Source: Vitrella brassicaformis CCMP3155
Lineage: Eukaryota > Protista > Chromerida
DNA length: 64,000 bases
Direction of reading: 5' to 3'
Assembly (NCBI GenBank): GCA_001179505.1
Contig: CDMY01000320.1
Span: 1 to 64,000, forward strand
Below the pieces are notes generated by a model that searched no databases, was not told where the DNA came from, and saw only the letters and a program-made list of their open reading frames with translations. The position numbers and the translations under genes are program-made. Shown in pieces: positions 1-12,399 of this stretch; position 1 is the stretch's first letter, and every line of letters begins with the position of its first letter.

Positions 1-208
1 CACCTGCAGGACACACACCTCACACACCAGCACTTGCCTCCCTCCGAATGGTGTTCGGGTTCCGTGGTCCGCTCACCCCTGCCAGGTCATCACAGCGCAC
101 TGCCCGGTCATAGTCGCTGATCAGCGCTGCCAGCTGCTCCAGGTCCTCACCACCAGCTCCTTCTGCCACTTCTTTTGCGGCCTGCTCTGGGCTCTTCTGG
201 TCACTCAT
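1..208 (-). CDS. 5' end of a hypothetical protein running off the window start
   Basis: ATG at 208, exon MSDQKSPEQAAKEVAEG...RCDDLAG, then a GTGAGC donor (~76) and a CTGCAG acceptor (~4). No recognisable domain. Confidence 0.5.
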
Positions 209-642
209 GACTGCCAACAGATCTCAAGAGATCTTAGCAAAGCTCAGAATCACAGTCACAGCCGAGACAGGCGTTCCTCGGCAGAAAAACAGCCACAGGC
301 GTGCAGCGAGCAAGTCCCAATGATTCAGTGAAAGACTGCCGCCTCGATTCTCGACACCTGCACACACACACACACACACCTGGAAATCATACTTCCCATA
401 AAACCACGCCTCTGCTCTATCCCCTTTTGCTGTTTTCCGCGCCTGCCTGCCCGAAGGGCAGGCATGCCTTCGGGCAGGCATTCACGCCACTTGTCTGAAT
501 ATTCTTGCGGCCACGCGCAGCCGAAGAACGATAGCTGGAGCCACCAAGAGGACGAACATCAGCTCGGATAAGCTGCAGAAGCCTATCAACAAGACACAAG
601 CAGCACGACGACACCCCAACGCCCCAGGAGAAACCTCCGCTT

Positions 643-3600
643 ATGGCTGAGGCGGACTTGTTGCCGTACATCCCTTCTTGTGGACGGCTGAACCGTGACA
701 TCCAAGACAATGCGTGGCTGTACAGCTCAGCCTTTCTCATTCTTTCAATGCAAGCAGGTGAGGTGAGGCGAGGCGAGGCGAGGTGAGCTGTCCCTCCCGA
801 AAGTTGGTTGTGTCTTGGTGCCACCTGCAACGATGTGTGGTTGGGCGTACACACTTTGTCAGGTTTTGGTATGGTGGAGGCGGGATGTGTGAGCAAAAAG
901 AACAACGTCAACATCATGATGAAGGTAGATAAGAGGGGCCGGCTCTTCTCCGTGTGTTTTGACAAGCATGGTGGTATGGATGCACTGCGATCAGAATATG
1001 GCCGATATGGTGGTGGGTGGACTGTCATTCTACTTCAGTAAGCTAGACCACCCATCACATGTTCAGCAGAAATGTAAGTGTGTGTGTGTGCGCTCAGTTG
1101 GGTATCCGATTGCCTTCACTCTTTTGAGCTGGCAATGGGAATTCGAGCCGCAGGACTCGGCACACTGGTACAGCGATAGTCAAGGCCTGCACAACACAGA
1201 CCTCCATTGGTCTGCAGGTTTTTCCAGTTCTCGTTTGCAGCCACGGCATCCACCATCGATTCAGGCGCCGTCGCAGAGAGAATCAGGTACAGAAATCGCA
1301 GTCTTCGTCGACTGCACCGCGTCCACATGTGTGTCCTCAGCTTCGGCCCGTACATCGTCATCTCTGCCTTGACGGCAGGCTTTATCTACCCCATGTGCGC
1401 GTGGGCCGTATGGAACGAAGACGGCTTTTTGTACCAGCTGGGGTTTGTTGATTTCGCTGGTGGTGCTGCGATCCATGCCCTTGGTGGGATGGGCGCCTTG
1501 GTGCTGATCTTCATTCTTGGTCGGTCGCCAGTCAGTCAGTCATACACACGGATGCATCCATCCGCCGGGGCCGACACGTCGCTTCATCGATCGACGCACC
1601 CGTGTGTGTACATAGGGCCACGGATCGGGAGGTTTAAGGACTACAAACCGTCACAAAGGAGGTCAGAATGAGGGCTATGGAGAGAGGACACATGACAACC
1701 TTCCCGCGTCTCGGTGTGTCTGTATAGGCTGTTCCAACCGCTGTGCCAGCGCCCGGCTGATCCCTTGTACTACCAGGTAGGCACACACAGAGAGAGCATG
1801 CAAACCAGGAATGGTAGTGCCTGCCGGCCATGAGTGCATCCTTACACAAATACTTGAGATCCTTAGCTGAGCCAGGCAGGAAATGCGCCGCTTTGTCTCT
1901 GCATGGTTGCATTGAAGGCCTCTTCCAGCGTGCCTAAAGTCACGAAGATGCCGCAGGCGACTCTCTGCCTGTTCGGGACGCTTCTGCTCGTGTTTGGATG
2001 GTACGTATAACCATTCATTCTTATCATACATACGCCATAATTGCACACATACACACACGCATACAGACCTGTATGTAGCATTAGTGGCTGACTATCCACC
2101 TGAACCAGCTGTGGCCGACTACCGGTTTTTGAACTCATGGCGGGTTGTGGTTGGTGTGCTTGACAGTGGATGGATGGATGGATGGCTGTACGTCTATCGT
2201 ATGTGTGTCCGTGGGGGTGCGTGTGGGTGTCTAGGCGCCGACAAAGACGTACACCATCTCGCCCTGCCCAGATGCAGTGTCTCTGCTCTTTGGGACATTC
2301 ATGCTCTTGATTGGATGGTCAGTCTGACCGTTCAGCTCAGCCACACAGACAGACAATACGCATACACACACCTCATCTACGTACCAATACGTACACACAT
2401 ACATACATACATACGTGCGTATAGGTATACATGAAACCACCAGCCCATTGTCTCTGTGTGTCTGTGTGTATGTCTCAGGTTTGGCTTCAATCCCGGTTCG
2501 GTTGCCGCCATCTCTGGCGAGAATGTTTATCTCGTCGGCATCGTCACTGTCAACACTACCATGGGTACATATTGACGGCAGTGAGACGGACGGCCAATCA
2601 ATGCGGCCCTCCTCGCGGAATTGTGCAGGTGCGCTGGGTGGCGGCCTCGCTGGCCTCACATGGTCTTTGCTGTTCTCGAGCACACGCAAGGCGCAACCCG
2701 AAGACATCTCCTGTGGGGTACTCTCCGGCCTCGTGGCCGTCACCGCCGGTATGGATGCATCACCGTCTCCTGCATACGCGACTCCTGCATGCCTTCGTGC
2801 TTCTGTTTATGTGTGTGCGGTGTCTGTCCCGCGCCCATTCAGGTTGTTTGTGGTTCAAGACCTTTGACAGCTTCATTGTGGCTGTCACGGGGGGCTACAT
2901 ATGCTTCGTGTGCAAGATGATGCTCGAGTACTCTAGGGTAAGTGAGTCAACAAGATAACTCCGAACCGACCACGCACTTTTTTGGGTTCTCAGTTGGACG
3001 ATGTCGTCGGCGCCATACCTGTTCACATGGGTAAGTCGGCAGCCAGGACCTGATTGATGTCTGCTTCGTGTCTCTCTGTTGATGCAGCTGCCGGCAACTG
3101 GGGCGCGTTGGCTATCGGCCTGTTCGCCATCCAGAACCAGTGCGGTGGGAGAGACCTCGTGGGTCTCTTCTACGCGAAGGGCAAAGATCAAACGACAGCC
3201 GCATGGGAACTGTTTGGCGCACAGGTCAGCCACCGCAGAGGGGCAGACAGACTCATCATCCCTTCTCCCTTCTCCCATCGCTTACTCATTCAGTTGGCCG
3301 GTGTGTTGGTGATTAATCTGTGGGCGGCCGTGACGACGGGCGGACTGGCCATCCTCCTCAACTACACGGGATTCCATTTGAGAGCCTCCAGAAAGGACGA
3401 ACTCCTGGGCCTGGACGTCACCGTAAGCCCATTCCACTATCGCCCCATGATTGGCAATCAGCATCCTGGGCCTCGCGTGTCGCAGGAACACGACACCGAA
3501 GAGCACGATGTCTTGGATCACATACTTCGCGGCCTCATCATGAACCTGGGATCCGTCGAGTGGCGTGACAAAGATGCCAAGGACAACCTTGACATCCTCT

Positions 3601-6308
3601 ATCGGGCGTTCAACAAGGCCAAAGTGCGGCTGAACTACTCCAAGTTCAGTAATCCGCTGCCCAAAGACGGCAACAAATACATGATGGAGATTGCCCAGGA
3701 ACAAAACCTGGTACGCGGCAGAAAGTGGTGGCACTGCCTGCGTCATCCATGTATGTGCTGGGTGTGGATCTGCAGGACGTTGTGGGAGTCTTGAATGTAA
3801 CTATCTGCAAGCTCTACGGCCTGTCGCCCGTCGACCCAACCAAACGATTCGACCTCTACGTCCATGTAGGCACAAGCTCACGCAGAAGTGGAGAGGTCAC
3901 GTGTGCTTTTGTGTACGTATGGTCAGATCGAGTTGGTGGACGGAACTCCCCTGGCCGCCCACTTCCAGCCCTTGCTGCAATCCCTCGGCTCCCACTACAG
4001 CAAGAAGACTCGCGTCAAGGTCACACACACACATACACGCGCTAGCAATCGAATGCACCAACCCTCTTCCCTCATGTCTCTGCCCTGTCTGTCCATTCAG
4101 CGTAAGTCATTGAATCCCGAGTGGTCGGAGAGCATCGATTTCGCCATCAGAGATCATTTTGACTACAGCAGGCTGCACGCGTGGTTCCGCCTCATGTGTG
4201 TGGCCGTAACGGGCAAATCGATAGCTCTGGCCGAGGGCCAGCTACCGCTCGCCGACCTGCTGTCGGGCGATATCTCGATGCCCACACACAGGAACAGTTT
4301 GAGGAACGATGACTCCTCGGCCTCGGCCGCTGGTGCTGGTGAAAGTGAGAGTGTGGCCATGTCGCCATCAAAGCCTGGCCTCGTCAGGGGCCGACCAAGC
4401 ATTGAGAAGAAGGTGAGGCGAGAGGGCGAGAGGGCGAGAGGGAGGTACAAAGGAGACGGCTGATGGTACATGCCTCTGTGTTTTGTTTGTCAGGAGACCA
4501 GGATCCAGGTCGAGCTCAGCGAGCCTCAGGTCCGTGAGATGCGCAAGGGAAGCGTGGCGTCCATCCAGGACGCCGCCGACCCCCTCTCCTCGCCCAAAGA
4601 CCTCCTGCGCGACTTCAACACGTAACCAAGACACACATGCGATATACGCACCCTCTTCAATGTATATGTACTCTTGTCGGTCTTCCCTCTATCTCGTCTG
4701 TGCTCCTTGTTCTCCAGTCGCCGCGCATTGGATGCATCCGGGTCTCGTAACAAGTTGATACTCTTCAAGAAGGGCAGCTGGGTCAAGAAGCACTCGAAAA
4801 TGTTCTCAGAGGACGACGAAAGAGAGGCCCGCTCCCCGTCTCAAGACATCACCAACGTTATCAACACCACGGCCCTCGACGCAGCGGCCGCACTCGCACA
4901 GACACAGCCGGAGACATCCATGCTCGAAGCACCGGCCAGTGCTGTGCTCCACGATGCCGCACTGTGCCTGCGGCCTGCGCATCTGAAGGGCGATAACGCC
5001 GCTGTAGACGACGAGGAAGATGACAGGCCGACCCAAGAAATCCCAGGTGGTCAAAAGGAAGAGCCAGGACAACTGCAGCCGCAAGATGCCGTCTCAGAGA
5101 CCACAGAGATGGCGAAACAGAAAGGCCGTGTGGACTTTGACATGAACGAGGACGCTGAGCGCGGCCCCAGGGCGTATGGGTCGGCTGCCGCGTCACGGCG
5201 CGATTCAGTCAACAGTTCCATCACGGGGAGGCGACACGAGTTCTTCTGCCTCGAGGTGGACGTGTGCTACACGCCCGTCGATGCGCGGCCTAAACGCATG
5301 TCGGAGCTAAGGGTGAGCGAAGGATTGCTGGATGTACCGCATTCGCCCGCCCCTCCCCCTCTCTCTCTCTCTCTGTGTGTGTATGTGTGTGTGTGTAGTG
5401 TCTGATGCAGGAGAAGGAGAGCGCCGCGCGTGACATGCGCGATCTGCGCAACAAGTACGTGAGGCGGAGACGCGGCAGCAGCAGCGATGCCTCATCAGGC
5501 TCCAGAATAAGCGACGAGTAGGCAGACAGAGAGGGAGCGGGACACCAGCAGATGGAGGCGTACACCTCTCCATGTGTGTGTGTGTGTGTGTGTATGTATT
5601 TGCGTTTTGCTGCCAGCCACGCGGACACAGATGAGGCTGGAGATGGCGAGCATGAAGGCCGTGTGTTCGCCTGGGCCCGCAGGCTGAAGGAGGCCTTCAA
5701 CCACGCCGCCGCCCACCATCACGACGTGGTGTCTCCCCGTCTGGAACCACGATCGGTGTCAGCAGGGGTCCCTGGGAGCAGGCGGCTGTCCCTCATGGGC
5801 GCAGTGGTCAACAATGTAGGCCGCCTCTCACGCAGAAGCAGCGAGGCTTTCAAAACAGGGTTAGTCAGTCGATGAGTGAGTGAAGGAAAAGAGACGCGCA
5901 TGGCTGCAAAAGGGTGTGTGTTTGGGACATCATGCCATGCAGGAGTAGCAACATGGGCGGCCATCGCCACCGTGCCAGCGTCATCTCCGAGCCAGATGGA
6001 GGCGGTCCGCACAGGAGACCCTCACTCACAGACGCACTTGCCAAGTTTTTCACCCCAAAGTAAGCAGGCAGGCGGGGAGAGAGGCCAACCCAACGCCACT
6101 CATGTGTATGTCTGCCTCAAGCAGGCGGGCATCGTCATATGTGCCGAGTTCCCACCAACACAACCATCCGAGCCAGCCGGTGGGCGACCACAGCGCCCCG
6201 CATGACGGGGATGGGCCCTCGTCGCCGCCCTCATTCGCACCGGGGCAGATGGAGACAGAGACACAGACACCCACCCGCCAGCCACATCACCCACACACCG
6301 TCACATGA
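643..6308 (+). CDS. AMT: Ammonium transporter (AMT1-type) with long C-terminal extension containing a C2 domain; multi-exon
   Basis: Spliced exons give MQAGFGMVEAGCVSKKNNVNIMMK, FQFSFAATASTIDSGAVAER, GFVDFAGGAAIHALGG, GPRIGRF, WFGFNPGS, GVLSGLVAVTAG, DDVVGAIPVH and ELLGLD, all AMT hallmarks including both conserved His. In-phase exons follow with a C2-like segment (VLNVTICKLYGLSPVD...FDLYVH...KSLNPEWSESIDF). Last exon inferred to end at TGA 6308. Confidence 0.92.
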
Positions 6309-8855
6309 CTGGAGGGAGGGAGCCACACGCATGGCCTGACTGACCGGTGAGGTGTGAGTGCATTGGTTGATGTGTTGATGCACTCTCTTTCATGGGCTGG
6401 GCTGTGTGCCGGGGCTGGGTGCATTGTTGTCTTACAAGGTGACTCTTTCCGCTTGCTCTCGCTTTGTTGCCATGAGTAGGCTGTGCTGTGTTCCGCCAGT
6501 GTCGATCCATTTCTTTCATGGCTTTCTGTCCCTTCGTTCGTTTGTTCGGTAGTCTGTCCGTGCATCCATCACACACGCACACGGTGCGAGAGCATCGACA
6601 GATCGGTGCACATCCATCCATACACACAGACAGCGAGAGATACGGACAGAGAGGTCACGTCACGTACTAAGCGCGTACACGACACGAGCCACACAGCCAG
6701 CAATCGAGTGAGCACATACCATACACACGAAGCCACGAACATATACGAACATTCTAGAAGGAATGTAGGCCTGCCTGTGTCCCCTCTATCTCCCCTTCCC
6801 CCCTCCCCTCCCCTACCTAATTCAGTGTGGCAATGCGTTCAATGGGTGGACGGACGGACGGAACACACGTACGTAAAGAGAGCCCTCGTTATGTTATGCC
6901 TGCGTGCCCGCAAGTGTGTATGCGTGCACCGCACCAGCACAACCGTCCACTCGCACACACACATCCATCAACACGACACACGCGCCGCGCCGTTGCGAGA
7001 GCCCCCAAATGCATACATGGCAGGCAGAGAGACCGACCCAAGAGAGCGAGAGAGCTACATACACAGAGCTAGACGTACGGAAGGACTTAAATCCGGGCGG
7101 TCTCCATTTCCCCCCTCTCCCTCCCTCCCTCCCTTCCTGGCTCATTCCTCTCTATAAAAGCAGCGACCGGCACACTTACACACACACACACACACCCTCG
7201 TGCGCACAGCAGCTGGTGCGGTGGGATATGGACATGAATGAATCGAGGACGATAGATAGATCGACAGGTAGACAAATGGCCAGACGGACGAACGGACGGA
7301 GAGAGAAAGTGTACCTACACAGACAGGCAGACAGACACAGACACACAAGCAGACGGTTAGGCACGGCAGCAGCGTATTGGCATAAAACGCAGCCGTCCAG
7401 CGCTCACACACACACACACACACGCACACGCCACAGCAGGCCACGCCGTACCAGCACACCACACCAACAGCAGCAGCACCAGCAGATGGATAGCTGGCGC
7501 TAGCTGCACACACATGGGTGTGTGTGAGGGGGGCACTAGAAAAGAGACAGGGAGTCAGGGAAGAACAGACCAGCCAGCCAGCCAGGCAGCCAGCCAGCCA
7601 GCCAGCGACCCTCTCACAAAACCACAGCCCGGCCAAGCAAGTCATTCCATGCCATCCATGATGCCATGACATGAATGAGCGAGTGGCCTTCGGTGTGATA
7701 CGAGGGCCGCCACACACACCACACACACATATGCATGCATACATATGTCCATACCAAGAGCCAGCCAAACACAAGACATGAGCACCACCAGTGAGCGAAT
7801 CGGTGTCAAAACGGTACACAGCATACACATACACACACATACATACATACACTCGATCGTCGCGCGCAAATCAAACCAGCACCATCCCTCCACAAGAGCT
7901 TGCTTTGTTTCGCTTTGTTTTTCGTCACCCCCTGCCTGTCGCCTGTTTGTCAGCTTGCCCCCGAAGCCGGAGGAACCGCCGTTTCACCTGTTCCAGAGAA
8001 AACGGTGGGACCTCCGACCTGCGTGATCTACTGCCACGACATTTGACGATGCACGGGGACCATGAACAGCATCACCCACTTTGCGATGTCTGTCTGTCTG
8101 TCTGTCTGTCACCTGTCGTGGGTCGTCCGCTGGCCGACGACCGTCGACATGCGACGATGCAACACAACTGAGGGGTAAGAAGACTTCTCCACCTGTGGTG
8201 GGCCGAAAAAAAGCAGACGGCCATACGCGTACGTACGTGTGTGCGTATGCAGACAGCCAGGCACGTCAAGACAGACATATACACCCATGGATTGAAAAAA
8301 ACATAATCGTCCGTGATGTGTGTATGTAAGTATCGGTGTCTGTCTGTATGTGTGCATATGTGTGTTGAAAAGGCAATCGGTGCAGTGCAAGTCAGCAAGC
8401 CGGCCGCGCAATGTGGTTGTGGCTGTGGCGTGGCGCCACTGATAAAAATCACTCGACCTCTCACTCCCTCACTTATCATGGTCATGTTGATACGTACGTA
8501 TGTATGCAGCTGCGGCGCCGGCTGCATGTTTGCGTCGTTCCCCTGTTACGTAAGTACACACCCTTACTCATACCTACCGGCATCGTCTGCATGTATACAT
8601 GCATCCTCTGCTCCACAGTAGTCGAACGAACGAACGAAAACAAACAAATCGATAAAAGACGCCCCTTCCCTCCCATCCCCTCTCTCCATTGGTTCTCTTG
8701 CTCGACTCACCCACCCACCCACACACATTGGGGTGTTCGACAGGGCTTCGCCCATCACACACACTCACTCACACATGAAGCCAACACACCGCACGCAGAC
8801 CAAAAGCGCCAGAAAAGCCCTCAACCACCCGGCCAGCCATCCGCCCTCCTTCCCT

Positions 8856-10417
8856 TCACCAGTCCTCCCCACCGTCGCTGTCAGCGCCGCCGACGCCCAC
8901 ATCGTCGTCGTGCATGATCTCGCTCCGACCCTCCTCCTCACGCACACGCCGCGCCGCACACTTGCTGCCGCAGCTGCCGCCCTCTATCACAGTGATGATG
9001 CCCTTGAGCACGCCCACGAGGCCCTGCATGCACTCGCCGATCTTGTCCTCGGCGTACTCATGCACCGACTGCCCTGTGGTGCTGGCCGTGGTGGTGGTGG
9101 TGGTGATGCCTTTGGTGGTGAAGTAGCCGTGCGTGTGTGCGTGGGGCTCGGCGGGGAGGGCGTCGAATCGGTGCTGCGACGTCTTGTGGAATGAGGTCAT
9201 GGACACAGGCGTGAGGGGCGGAGTCGCTGCAGCAGACACACAGAGAGGGGAGGGAGGGGCGTCAGAAACGCGTCACACGTGTGTGTGTTGTTGCTCCTAC
9301 TTCCGGCAGTGGTGGCGCCATCGAGCGATGCGCGGCGAGGCAGCGACACAATAGTGGGCGCCAGAAACTCAGCTAACTGATCCTCCAGCTGATACAAGAA
9401 AGTCAGCAACACCCCGCACACAGACAAACAGAAGCGCATGGCATATCCGTGTTGTATGTGTTGTATTTGTGTTTGTCTTCGCGAGCACATGCCGACCTTT
9501 TTGACTTGCAGTGCGGTTGTGTGCAGCTCGTCGCCCTGCTCCTCATACCTCTGCAACAAAGCCTGGGGGAAGGAAGCCCCACCAATCATGAACACACCCA
9601 CCCCACATGGCGCTCCCAGCTTAGAAAATAACCAACACGCGCCATGCCCCTCGCCCCCTTCTCTCTACCTCCCTCCCTGCCTCCCCCTCCCCGTTCACTC
9701 TCACGTCATAGTCGTGGGTCTTCTTGTCGAGTTTGTCAGCTAGGTCCTCCATCTCGGCCCGCATCTCCCGCACCTGGAACTCGAGGGCGGCCTTCATGCC
9801 CAGCAGCTCGGCCGTCCGGTGTGTGAGGCTCTCGCTCTCACCGCGGCTCCTGTCCTGGGTGGCCTGCAGCTCGCGCACCTGACGCTCGTACTGAAGGAAT
9901 GTCAAACAGACAGACAGACAGCCAGGCAGACAGACAAGAGTCATTTTTTGTAGGGCCCGTGGTTGGGTGGTTACTCACGTCGCGGCACTTGGTGAGCGAC
10001 TCCTGCAGCTCGTTGCTGGCGTGCTCGTACTTCTGCAACAAACACTGAACACACAACACAGAGAGGGAGAGGACATTGCAGTGCGACATCCTCTCCCCTG
10101 TTGCCCATGCACCACCAACCCACCCACCTGGTAGTCGGTCTGTTTGCTTTTGATCTCCCTCTTGAGACTTGTGGTGGTCTCCTCCAGGCTGGCCACCTTG
10201 CTGGCGGTGCGCCGCTCATAGGCGGCAGAGTCGGCCTTGGCCGTCTGCGAGCGGCGCGAGTACTCACTCAACTGGCTCTCGTACTGACAGACAGACGATG
10301 CCAACACACAGACGCAGGCAGACAGGCAGATGCAGATCTGCTTTGTGGGCGTGTGTTTGGCGTGTCGCTGACCGCGTTGAGCCGCGCGGAGGTGTCGAGG
10401 TACATGAACTCTCCCAT
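8856..10417 (-). CDS. Hypothetical coiled-coil protein, multi-exon
   Basis: ATG 10417 (MGEFMYLDTSARLNA) followed by spliceable exons with heptad-like sequence (YESQLSEYSRR..., YERQVRELQATQD...EMRAEMEDLADKLDKK). Terminal exon ends GGEDW* at 8856. Confidence 0.7.
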
Positions 10418-11232
10418 GGCACCCCTTCAAGCAGATGTGGGGCGGAGGTGTGCTTCTTCTGCCAAAAAACGATAGAGATCTACAGGCCCCTGCGTCTGTG
10501 CCCCTGTGGCAATATGGAGGGAGGAAAGGGGGAAGAACAACCGCACAGGTAAAAGCTCGCAAGTGCGATCGGCGTGTTTTCTCGACGGATGCTGATGTAT
10601 TTACTTAGTGGCTATCGGCGCTCGAATGCGCTGCTCTTTTCTTGCATAGGTCCGTGCCATGGATGGACTGCGTCGCCGTCTATTTCATGTGCATCGCCCT
10701 GGTGGTGCTCATCATCCTAAGGCCCAGCAGACAGGAGGCGCCGAGCACATGGGAGCCCGCTTCGACGCCCAGCAAACTGGAGCGTGCGCAGAGCAAGAGC
10801 GACTTAGTGCTGGCATTGGACGCGGTTCTCTTCATCTTTATGATACTGTGGTGGTAAGCGATACATGAGCGCAGGCGGTGGATGCATTCATTCATCGTGC
10901 GACGTTACTGTGGTTGCAGCGTCCTAGTTGCACTCGCCCAGGCCGGCTGGCGACGACTACGCAGATGGCTCAATGGGTGGGTGCGGTGATGGATGTATCT
11001 TGGAGACCATGCGACTCACCCATGCCCTTTGTCTGTGTGTGCAGCGCTAGTGCTCGCCAGAGCTGACGGCAGCGACCAATTCGGCGTGCCGTCCATCTAC
11101 GCTGCCGTCAATACTGCTGCAATAACGGTCGCCTTGATGGACGACACACCAGAGGTGTGTACTCATCCATCTCTCTGTGGGCGTCTGAGACCATGCCATG
11201 TATTATTATTTCTATCACGTTTCCACGTGCAG

Positions 11233-11990
11233 GCCGTAGCATGGTCGACGCTGGGCAGCGTCTTTAGCCGGCTGATCAACCGCAACACCACAATCCCCAC
11301 CAAAATGCCACAGGTCTTCTCCACTGCCGCATACAAGCAGACTCAAGTACACCACCCCTCCCCTGCCCCGAACACACACAAAAGCGACCCGTCGTCCATC
11401 CCCTCCTTCCCTCTCCCTCCCTCCCTCCCTCCCTGTAACTTAGGTCGGTATCAAGTCTATGATCCTGGGCGAGCGTGTGATGGCTGCGGCCAACGAGGGG
11501 CTGGGTCGGTGCGAGCTGCTCGTCGGCATCCCCCGCCCGCCGGACATGGAGGTCACATTGGCCACCGACGCCAAAGGCATCCTGCACATGTGGAACGCCC
11601 ACCACCCCACCGGACACAAACAGGTACGTGCAGTCACCGCACTGCACTGGCCGCACACACATGATGGATGATGGATGACCAGGGACAAGGGAGGGATACA
11701 TTCGTGGCATATTGTGTTGCGTTGCGCGTCAGGACATCGTAATTCAGTCCTGGAGCGGTGGTCTGAGCGACGTGGGTATCAGGAATATGGTGCAGGACGC
11801 TGAGCCACACAGGTGAGTGAGTGAGGGAGGGACAAACCCCCACACACAGACAGACAGTTCCTCGCTATTCCGCGGTATGTATCTTTCTCTTGCCCACGCT
11901 CTGTTGTGTCTTATCAGCGATTTGGATCAGAGGCGTCGCGAGGCCATGACCGTTAAGAACGACGCCGAGAGCCTCACCCTCGAGTACGAG
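11233..11990 (+). pseudogene. HSP70: Degenerate Hsp70 (DnaK/mitochondrial-type) substrate-binding-domain fragment, intron-containing, no ATPase domain
   Basis: Exons encode [95 protein letters not shown] and RRREAMTVKNDAESL, a recognisable but eroded DnaK C-terminal region. Upstream exons (10659 onward) encode unrelated hydrophobic segments. Confidence 0.8.
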
Positions 11991-12399
11991 AGACTCCTCC
12001 CTCCATTCAACACACACATCACATTTGCCCATGTGCTTATGCGCCTGTGTGTGTGTGTGTGTGTGATATTCAGACGCCACATCCCGGCCAGGAGGGCGAC
12101 CCCCTTCGCCATGCATACGCTCAGCAGCCCCTCCTGCCGCTTCCCACACAGGCGTGCATGGATTGATCGCTGCTTACATTTCATATCAGTAAGCTGTTTT
12201 GAGGACTGATATCCTGTATGGGGGTGCATGTGAGATGGGGACCATAGACAAACGAAACAGTGTCTCGTCGCAAGGCAGTTATGCAATGCAAGGGCTTCAT
12301 ACGGCTGGGCATACAAAAGAAGCTTCACAAACCCGTCGAACACATAACATCAGTCCACCATGAACAAACCGAGACACACACACGGCACAATCATGTAAG

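Noticed and set aside
6310-8850. Many 60-240 aa ORFs rich in HT/CV/LS dipeptides
   Set aside because: They are translations of (CA)n, (GT)n, (CT)n and (GACA)n microsatellites, with no splice-consistent coding signal or domain.
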